DNA from: a virus
Taxonomy: Duplodnaviria; Caudoviricetes
Direction: 5' to 3' (one strand)
Length of the DNA stretch: 64,000 bases
IMG/VR virus record: IMGVR_UViG_3300025120_010521
The first letter of the stretch is position 1. Each line of letters opens with the position of its first letter. This document shows positions 57,144 to 64,000 of the stretch, piece after piece. The notes under the pieces were generated by a model that saw only the letters and a program-made list of their open reading frames with translations, was not told the DNA's origin and did no database searches. A program made the translations under genes and the position numbers.

Positions 57144-58313
57144 TTAGATAAATGTTACGTTTGAAATATCAATTTTTGATAGGTAGTCTGCTGAATTACC
57201 AAGTGATGATGCAGTGTTTGTTAACTCTACATAACCGTATCTTGTCATAAAGCTCACTACTGGTTCAAAAGTTGACGGATCCACAATAACGCCTGATGAC
57301 ATTAGTGGGATGTACGGACAATAAAATGCCGCCGCGTCTACTTCACCAGCACCTTTGTAACCTACTAATACTGGAGAATCATCTACCAAGTATGAGTTTA
57401 CATATACTCTCATAGCGCCGTTTAATGTACCAACAAATTTAGTGTTAGTAGGTGCTTCAAAAGTACCTTCAGTTGTTCTTGCGAACGCTGAAGTTGTCGC
57501 TGATTGTAATACAGTCAAAGCCTGTGGAGAAACTACAGCCCAGTTAGCCGCGCCTCTTCTAGTTCTTTGAGCGATTAAATTAGCTTCTCTGTTAATAGCT
57601 ACAGCCAATGCCGCATGTTCGTCACCCACGAAAGTTGGTGTACCTGTTGCGTTTGATTGGTTGAAAGCCGTTCCAGCTGGTGCTAATGATGTAAGTGAAC
57701 CAAGAATTTCTTGGTCGATTTCAGCAGTAATTTCTTGTGCTAAAGCCGCCATTACTTCTGCTTCTACATCTAAACCATGCATTGCTGATGCGTCTTGTGC
57801 CGCTTCAAATGTCCAACGTGCTGATAGCTTTCTTGTTTTAGCTTCAACTGTTTGTTTTAAGATTTGAATTGACATTTTGTTACCAGCTTCACCTTCTAAA
57901 GATGAAGTTGATGTTCCAGCTGGTACTGATTGTGTACCTGAACCTGGATTTGCTGAGTAAGATCTTGCAATCTCAAAAGGTGATAGTGCTTCAGAACCTG
58001 CTGTTACACCGTCTTTTGCGTCTGAGTATCTAACTCTTAATGTGTGAATTTGACCTACTGGGCCAGTCATTGGCTGAACACCAACGATTTCGTTAGCGAT
58101 AACTGTAGGCATTACACGTCTGATTATTGGAAGAATTACTTTGTTTAAAGCCGCTACGTTACCGGCACCTGTTGCGCCAGTTGTTGCCGCCTCAGCTAAG
58201 TATCTCTTTGTATTTTCAAGAACAGCGTCCATTGATTTTTTTCTTTGACCTGAAAGGCCTTCCATCAACGCACTTTTAGTATCTGTCCATTTTTCATTGA
58301 TCATGTCTGTCAT
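57144..58313 (-). CDS. gp23: Major capsid protein
   Basis: VGVQPMTGPVGQI, RKLSARWTFEAAQD, AAFYCPYIPL, MTRYG. Confidence 0.97.
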   Translation of the reverse strand: MTDMINEKWTDTKSALMEGLSGQRKKSMDAVLENTKRYLAEAATTGATGAGNVAALNKVILPIIRRVMPTVIANEIVGVQPMTGPVGQIHTLRVRYSDAKDGVTAGSEALSPFEIARSYSANPGSGTQSVPAGTSTSSLEGEAGNKMSIQILKQTVEAKTRKLSARWTFEAAQDASAMHGLDVEAEVMAALAQEITAEIDQEILGSLTSLAPAGTAFNQSNATGTPTFVGDEHAALAVAINREANLIAQRTRRGAANWAVVSPQALTVLQSATTSAFARTTEGTFEAPTNTKFVGTLNGAMRVYVNSYLVDDSPVLVGYKGAGEVDAAAFYCPYIPLMSSGVIVDPSTFEPVVSFMTRYGYVELTNTASSLGNSADYLSKIDISNVTFI

Positions 58314-58314
58314 T

Positions 58315-59418
58315 TTAATTAACTCCTAGACCTGCTAGTTTTTTAAGCTCAACAATATCACCTGCTTCTGAACTAGGTTCAGTTGGTGATTGTCTATTAC
58401 CAGTTACCTCTGTTACTGATTCAGTAACAATAGTTTTGTTTGATTCAGCTGGTGCTGATTCATTTAAAACTGCTGGTAAGTATTTGTTAAACTGTTTTTT
58501 TAAATCACTTGTTTGTACAGATTCAAGTAATTCGTTCATTACGCGACGCTTGTCTTTAGATAATGATGACGTTAACTCTGTAAGAGCTTTTTCACGTACA
58601 TTTTTATCTTCAGCAATTCTCAACTTCATTTGAACTGCTTCGATTTCTGCGTCTTTTTCTTTTAATTTAGATTCTGTGTCAGTAGTATTTGCTGTTACAG
58701 TTTCTAATTCATTTTGAAGTTTTCTAACTTCTGTACCTTCAGCTAGATGAGAAGACATATACTCGCCTGCGAATGCTTCAAAAACTTTTCTACCAAAGTT
58801 GTTTTGTTTAGCAACTTTAATATCATCTTTAAGTTGTGATAATTCGCTTCTCAAACTTGTTTCAACTGTTTTTTCTACAACATTAGCGGCTTTAGAAACA
58901 AAACGTTGTTTAGCTTCAGCAATCATTTTCTTGCCTTCTGCTACTAATTTAACTTTTTGTTCTACAACTGCTCTTTTGTCGTTTTCAAATTCAGTTAACT
59001 CTTTTGCTAATTGTTTAACAACAAAGTTTTCCAATTTTGCAAAATTGCTTTTTAAGTTTGTTCTATCGGCGTGTAGTTCTTTTACTTCTTTAGCTAATTG
59101 CTCAGCAACAAATTTGTCTACTAGACCAACATGTTTTTCAATGTTCGTTTTGTAAGCAACTGTTTGCTCAGCCAATGATGCTCTGTCAGCCTTCAGCTCT
59201 TCTATTTCAGCTGTAATTCTGTCAGTTAACATTGTGTCCATAGCTTCAACAATCTGACCCTTGTCATTTTCATAACGTTGGGCAAATTCATCACGAAGTT
59301 CAGCAGTGATCTCTTCTCTGGCTTCATCTAATTTAGATTTCCACGTCTCTTGAATCTGAGTTTTCAAGTCTTCTGAAATTGCGTCTGACTCAAGTATTCC
59401 GTTAAAAATATCTGCCAT
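58315..59418 (-). CDS. gp22: Prohead core scaffold protein (gp22-like)
   Basis: Long coiled coil between protease and MCP; C-terminal LKKLAGL. Confidence 0.85.
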   Translation of the reverse strand: MADIFNGILESDAISEDLKTQIQETWKSKLDEAREEITAELRDEFAQRYENDKGQIVEAMDTMLTDRITAEIEELKADRASLAEQTVAYKTNIEKHVGLVDKFVAEQLAKEVKELHADRTNLKSNFAKLENFVVKQLAKELTEFENDKRAVVEQKVKLVAEGKKMIAEAKQRFVSKAANVVEKTVETSLRSELSQLKDDIKVAKQNNFGRKVFEAFAGEYMSSHLAEGTEVRKLQNELETVTANTTDTESKLKEKDAEIEAVQMKLRIAEDKNVREKALTELTSSLSKDKRRVMNELLESVQTSDLKKQFNKYLPAVLNESAPAESNKTIVTESVTEVTGNRQSPTEPSSEAGDIVELKKLAGLGVN

Positions 59419-59430
59419 GAGTAGTTCTCC

Positions 59431-60060
59431 TTATAACTTCAACTCTTTTATTAATTTGACTATTTCATTCTTTAAATAGCCTTCTGCTTTGCGATCATAA
59501 ACAGCGTCGGCGCCTATTCCGTATAAACGTCTTCCGCCTTTCATGTTCATCAAACCTTCATATATTGCTTTTGGATAAGCATCTGGGGCTGATGGTTGTG
59601 CAACAATGTCCACAGTAACAATTTCAAAGTCAGCAACTTTGCCGCCTTCGTTTACATTACCGGTACCTCTTGATGACACACCCAATTTTGCTCCACTTTC
59701 CAAAAGGGTTTTTACAATGTTTCCCATTGGGGTTGGTAAAATTTTAAGTTTACCAATTCCGTTTGGACCGTCCATCCACATTGATTCGATCATGTGTGAT
59801 ACACGATCTAAATTCACTGTTAATTCTTCAGGGTGATCTGCTTCACCTAAAACAGAGTAACCACCTTTCAAGCGTTCGTCCACAGAAGTTACCGCTTTTT
59901 CGATTTCTTCTAGTGGATAAACACGTGAATTCTGATTCTTTACTCCGCCTTGAATGAATACACCTTTCATGAATAGGTTTTTCTTATCACCTTCGCCTTC
60001 ATGTAATACTTGCATGCCGGCTTGGTCAAAAGTTAAACTTTCTAAAAGTGGTTTAATCAT
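59431..60060 (-). CDS. gp21: Prohead maturation protease
   Basis: GVKNQNSRVY, GEADHP, VSHMI, GVSSRG.G, DIVAQPSAPDA. Confidence 0.95.
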   Translation of the reverse strand: MIKPLLESLTFDQAGMQVLHEGEGDKKNLFMKGVFIQGGVKNQNSRVYPLEEIEKAVTSVDERLKGGYSVLGEADHPEELTVNLDRVSHMIESMWMDGPNGIGKLKILPTPMGNIVKTLLESGAKLGVSSRGTGNVNEGGKVADFEIVTVDIVAQPSAPDAYPKAIYEGLMNMKGGRRLYGIGADAVYDRKAEGYLKNEIVKLIKELKL

Positions 60061-60089
60061 ACTGACGATCTCCTTACTCTAACTCAACC

Positions 60090-61040
60090 TTAAGCACTTG
60101 CTTTTGGTTTTGGTGCTGGTGATAATTTAGCATCACCTTGTTTTGGAGCACCCATATCCTTGACTGCAGGAGCCTTGCCGCCTTTTTCAGCCGCATCGCC
60201 ACCAGCTTTCACTGGATCTGCACCGTCAATTCTTTTTGCTCCACCATTCGCCGCTACCGGTGAATTAGCATTTGCGCCGTCATCTCCACCTTTTGGAGTT
60301 GAAACAGCATTTAATGTAGTTGCTTCGTCTAAATCTTCTGAACCTTCTTTTGAATCTTCTGAACCTTCAAATGCAACTTCGTCAGCAACTTCAACTGTTT
60401 CTTCTGCTGGCATTTCCATAGGTGGCATTTCGCCTTCTAGGTCGTCAGTAGCTTCTTCGTTGTCATCGCCTTCTTTGTCGTCTTCGTCGCCCATCATTTT
60501 TTCAAATTCAGCTTTAAGATCTTCTAAAGCATCTTCTAGATCGTCAACTCTGTCTTCAACTTCCTCATGATCATGGTTATCAGCTTCGCCATCTTCATCA
60601 CCATCATCTTCGTTAGTTTCTTCATGCTCAATTTCTTCAGCATGATTGTCTGCTTCATCTTTGACAGCAGTTGTTAAATCTTGTTCTTGATCGCCGGAAC
60701 CGCCAACTTTTTCTTCAACGGTTTCGTCACCTGACTCATCAGTTGCTTCTTCAACTGCTTCTTCATCTGAATCTTTTGCTTCTTCTACAGCATCTTCATC
60801 TGATTTTTCTGCTTCTTCAACAGTGTCCTCATCTGATTTTTCTGCTTCGTCAACAGCTTCTTCAGTGTTTTCAGTAGTTAAATCTTCTTCGATTTCGTCA
60901 GTTTGGTTTTCGATCAACTCTTCATGTATTTTTCTAGCTTTCTCAACAATTACATCATGTAAAAGCTCTTGAGCTTTATCTGACTCGTTGTTAACTAGAT
61001 ATTCTAGAACTTGTTCTAGTTTTGACTTTGTAGTAGACAT
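60090..61040 (-). CDS. Very acidic prohead core/scaffold-like protein
   Basis: E/D-rich; position upstream of gp21; internal 11-aa repeats. Confidence 0.75.
   Translation of the reverse strand: MSTTKSKLEQVLEYLVNNESDKAQELLHDVIVEKARKIHEELIENQTDEIEEDLTTENTEEAVDEAEKSDEDTVEEAEKSDEDAVEEAKDSDEEAVEEATDESGDETVEEKVGGSGDQEQDLTTAVKDEADNHAEEIEHEETNEDDGDEDGEADNHDHEEVEDRVDDLEDALEDLKAEFEKMMGDEDDKEGDDNEEATDDLEGEMPPMEMPAEETVEVADEVAFEGSEDSKEGSEDLDEATTLNAVSTPKGGDDGANANSPVAANGGAKRIDGADPVKAGGDAAEKGGKAPAVKDMGAPKQGDAKLSPAPKPKASA
60730..60862 (-). repeat. Four 11-aa (33-nt) imperfect repeats (A/T)V(D/E)EAEKSDED
   Basis: AVDEAEKSDED TVEEAEKSDED AVEEAKDSDEE AVEEATDESGD; coordinates approximate. Confidence 0.75.
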
Positions 61041-61183
61041 AGTGTTAATCTCCTAATATATTACTAGTAATATGTTTAGATACCTGTATAAGGTACAAAC
61101 GTATATATTATTTACATAATTATAGGAAAATTAGTAGGAAATACCTGTATTTTGACTCGTTTTGTAATAATAACTTAATATTA

Positions 61184-61384
61184 TTACATTGCAGGCGGTT
61201 GTGCGTACATTGTAGCAACAAATTCTTTGTTTTTTTCTTGATCTGCTTTACGCATTTCACGTACTTTACGCAATTTGTTAAGGTGTTTTAATGTAAGACG
61301 TGTTTTACGACCATCACTGATATGAGCCATATGATAATGGTCATGCTCTGGAAAATAGTTTTCTTTTAATTCAATATAACGCAT
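61184..61384 (-). CDS. Small head-assembly-region protein
   Basis: RKTRLTLKHLNKLRK; late box 5 nt before ATG. Confidence 0.65.
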   Translation of the reverse strand: MRYIELKENYFPEHDHYHMAHISDGRKTRLTLKHLNKLRKVREMRKADQEKNKEFVATMYAQPPAM

Positions 61385-61392
61385 ACTTTTAT

Positions 61393-61743
61393 TTACCTTT
61401 TGCCTCTACGAGCTTTAAGTGCCATATTTGCACGTTTTACACGTTGCGATGCTTGACTGTATTTTTTAGTATATGAAGATCTTGCACCGTGTATACTACC
61501 TTTTGCTTGTCGTGTATTTTTCATTTTAGTACTTTGCTTGATATTTAATGGTTTGTTACAAGTACTTGGATTAGCAACAATACGTCCTTTTCTAGGTCCT
61601 GTAGGACATCTAAAACGTTGTGTTGTAATTCTTGCTTTACCTTTTGATTGTGATCTACCAGTACGTCCAAATATCTGACTAGCACCTTCTTCAATAGGTT
61701 CTAATGAATATAAGTCTGTTTTGCTGATTTCATAAATTTTCAT
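61393..61743 (-). CDS. Small basic protein, paralog of 12770..13066
   Basis: RCPTGPRKGRIVANPSTC; TATAAATA at 61763-61770. Confidence 0.7.
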   Translation of the reverse strand: MKIYEISKTDLYSLEPIEEGASQIFGRTGRSQSKGKARITTQRFRCPTGPRKGRIVANPSTCNKPLNIKQSTKMKNTRQAKGSIHGARSSYTKKYSQASQRVKRANMALKARRGKR

Positions 61744-61771
61744 AACAATACCTTTGTTATGTTATTTATAA

Positions 61772-62248
61772 TCAAAGGTAAACTAAATCTATTGTAGGAT
61801 ATGGTGAGCTTGAAAATACATCTTGCGGTAGTGCCCTACATAAAGTTATAGCTATTTTGGTATTTGGAACTATTGTTTTCATTTTAATATACCCTGTTGG
61901 TCGATCTGATATACATTTAAATAAGTGAGCTCCACATATGATTAATTGTGTTAACTGATTGTCATCCATGTATTTTTTTAGAAGTTTAGGATCTTCCATA
62001 AAATTTAAATCATTTTTATTATCTGTTAAAAATGTAAAAAACGGATTTGGTGAATGATGATGCATTGCTATATTAATATGTGCTCCTTGTTTTTTATAGC
62101 TATCTAATTTTATTGACAAAAATTTAGAAAATTCACACATATCTTGTTTTATTAATTCAATGCTTTCTTTAGACAAATTATCAAAAGATATTTGATCAGT
62201 GTCCCAAATGTCAATTACATTAATTAATGTACGAGATAAATCTAACAT
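61772..62248 (-). CDS. Hypothetical protein, weak isochorismatase/cysteine-hydrolase-like pattern
   Basis: LINVIDIW...LIICGAHLFKC. Confidence 0.35.
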   Translation of the reverse strand: MLDLSRTLINVIDIWDTDQISFDNLSKESIELIKQDMCEFSKFLSIKLDSYKKQGAHINIAMHHHSPNPFFTFLTDNKNDLNFMEDPKLLKKYMDDNQLTQLIICGAHLFKCISDRPTGYIKMKTIVPNTKIAITLCRALPQDVFSSSPYPTIDLVYL

Positions 62249-62261
62249 TATCTTGTGTAGT

Positions 62262-63974
62262 TTATTGTTCTGGTGTAGTGTCTGTATCTGGTGTTAGTGG
62301 TGAATCTAATCCTGCGTCGCCGGCATCGCCAGCAGGTGCATCATCTAATCCTTCAGTATCATCTGAAGCTGGCATTGGTGCCGCTCCTACATCTGAAAGG
62401 CCTCCACCTCCTACATCGTCACCTTGTGCTGGTGGTTCAGTAGCATTAGCATTTTCTTCTGCCCAGAGTTTTTCGTTTTTGTAAATTTCGCCTTCATCAA
62501 GTCCAAGATAACGTTGCATTGCAAAACGTTTAGAAATAAATGGAACTTGCTGTACCTGTGTAAAGATACTAACCATTTGATTATCAATTTCAACTTGTCT
62601 ATACTTGCCAAAGTTTTGTGGTTCATTAAATTGTATTTCAAATGATCCTGAATCAATTTCAATACCTCTATGCTTTAAGAACATTTTAAATTCTCTATCA
62701 AGAGCAGGCATAACCATTGTTTGTAAACGTTGACAAAATTTTGTAAATCTAAATTCTTGTATGTATGCTGTACCAACTCTACCATCAGTAAATGCCGAAC
62801 CGGCATCATCTGGGGATGATGGCAAATAACTTGATGGAATTCTTAAACCTTTCATCAACTTATTATTAAAGTATTTTAAGTCGTCAATTTCACCTAAGTT
62901 TTGACCGCCTGGTAATGTTTCAACTTTTGATCCTCTACCCTCAGCCGTTTGTGCAAAAAAGTAATCTTCAATTTGTGATAATGGGTTATAAGCGGCATCC
63001 ATAATGTTTGCGCCACCACCTGTTTTATTTGGAATACGTTTTTGATGTATTTCATTTTTAACACGTTCAATAAATGCCATTGCTTTATTGCTAGGCATAT
63101 TACCTACATCAATATAAAACACTCTACGTTCTGGTGCTCTTTGAACTCTGTAAATAATAATAGCATCTTCTAATAATTCTTTTTGTTTGTACACTTTAAA
63201 TATTGCTTCTAGTACTGAAGTACCAAAAGGCCAAAATCTATCCATGCCTTCTGACAATGATATATGTGCAATATGTGAAGCATCAACAGGTGTTGTCATT
63301 ACTTCCATATTAAATCTACCAGCTTGTGAAGTTGTAGTTCCGCTAGTCATACCTTTGTATTTTGCATCACCGCTAAACGGCATATTACCACTTTGGTATG
63401 CTGTTGGAGCCGTGTACTGATATTGACTCATTGTTGTTAAGTTTAAATTTTGTAAATTTAAATCTAAATCTCTAATGAAGTATGCTTCTGGCTTTTTACC
63501 TTTACCTTCATTAACAACTATTTTTTCAATTTTTGCATGATCAACCCAAAGTAATTTATATGTCTCTGGATCTCTAACTAATACCTGATCACCATACTTG
63601 ATTACATTTCTAAAAAGTTTAAAACATCTTTTATCCCAATCGTTAACACTTGCCCATTGTTTGATTGATTGATTTAAAATTTCTGTTTCTGTATCAGTTG
63701 GTTTGTCTTTATAAAAGATTTTAAATGGAACACCTGTCTTTGGGTCATTTTGAGTTGAAAATTCTGCAATAGTATCAAGTGCCGCATTTATTTCTGTGTC
63801 AAGATCCATTTGATCATATTGATAATAACGCTCAATACGATTTGGCTGACCTGCATATACTTCTGGTAGCCATGAGCTGTATTTTGAATTTGATGTTTCA
63901 CCAAATGAACTACCTACTGGACTTTGCTGTCCTAGTTTATTTTCATATGTAGTAAAGTGTTTTTTCCAACTCAT
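62262..63974 (-). CDS. gp20: Portal protein
   Basis: LLEDAIIIYRVQRAPERRVFYIDVGNMP, EDYFF, VETLPGG. Confidence 0.97.
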   Translation of the reverse strand: MSWKKHFTTYENKLGQQSPVGSSFGETSNSKYSSWLPEVYAGQPNRIERYYQYDQMDLDTEINAALDTIAEFSTQNDPKTGVPFKIFYKDKPTDTETEILNQSIKQWASVNDWDKRCFKLFRNVIKYGDQVLVRDPETYKLLWVDHAKIEKIVVNEGKGKKPEAYFIRDLDLNLQNLNLTTMSQYQYTAPTAYQSGNMPFSGDAKYKGMTSGTTTSQAGRFNMEVMTTPVDASHIAHISLSEGMDRFWPFGTSVLEAIFKVYKQKELLEDAIIIYRVQRAPERRVFYIDVGNMPSNKAMAFIERVKNEIHQKRIPNKTGGGANIMDAAYNPLSQIEDYFFAQTAEGRGSKVETLPGGQNLGEIDDLKYFNNKLMKGLRIPSSYLPSSPDDAGSAFTDGRVGTAYIQEFRFTKFCQRLQTMVMPALDREFKMFLKHRGIEIDSGSFEIQFNEPQNFGKYRQVEIDNQMVSIFTQVQQVPFISKRFAMQRYLGLDEGEIYKNEKLWAEENANATEPPAQGDDVGGGGLSDVGAAPMPASDDTEGLDDAPAGDAGDAGLDSPLTPDTDTTPEQ

Positions 63975-64000
63975 TTGTATACGTGCCTTTTATGCAGTTA

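Noticed and set aside
1-64000. CRISPR array, retron or DGR
   Set aside because: No spacer-separated repeats, no reverse transcriptase and no TR/VR pair seen, even though an Mtd_N-like domain is present at 8051..9340
1-64000. Stop-codon reassignment, as in some jumbo phages
   Set aside because: Core genes are full length under code 11, and TAA, TAG and TGA all terminate conserved genes

Overview
An AT-rich, very gene-dense 64-kb segment of a large T4-like (jumbo-type) myophage genome, mostly encoded on the minus strand. It holds the core virion module: portal, two scaffold-like proteins, prohead protease, major capsid, neck gp13/gp14, gp15, tail sheath and tube, PAAR, gp4 and the terminase. 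It also holds a T4-style replication and recombination set (gp41 helicase, primase, gp32 SSB, UvsX/UvsY/UvsW), nucleotide metabolism genes (NrdAB, ThyX, dNMP kinase, NUDIX), one tRNA-Ser(UGA) and many host-like genes (FdxA, Grx4, ClpP, MtnN, Leu/Phe/Val dehydrogenase, Usg, radical SAM, 2OG-Fe(II) oxygenase, methyltransferase). FdxA, Grx4 and Usg point to an alphaproteobacterial, probably marine, host (inference). The most notable observations are: (1) a 193-aa miniature DnaE that keeps all three catalytic Asp; (2) late (TAAATA) and sigma70 promoters placed so that transcription would start at or next to the start codon, implying leaderless mRNAs; (3) an N-terminal FtsZ-tail mimic (LDIPDFLRR); (4) a ligase-fold protein and a family of proteins with capsid-targeting-like N-termini; (5) an uncalled 26-aa metallothionein-like ORF; (6) a ~150-aa module shared by the tail sheath and neck protein; (7) a 4x10-nt repeat abutting the SSB ribosome-binding site. 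All family assignments come from motif recognition by eye; no database search was run. No CRISPR array, intron or intein was evident.
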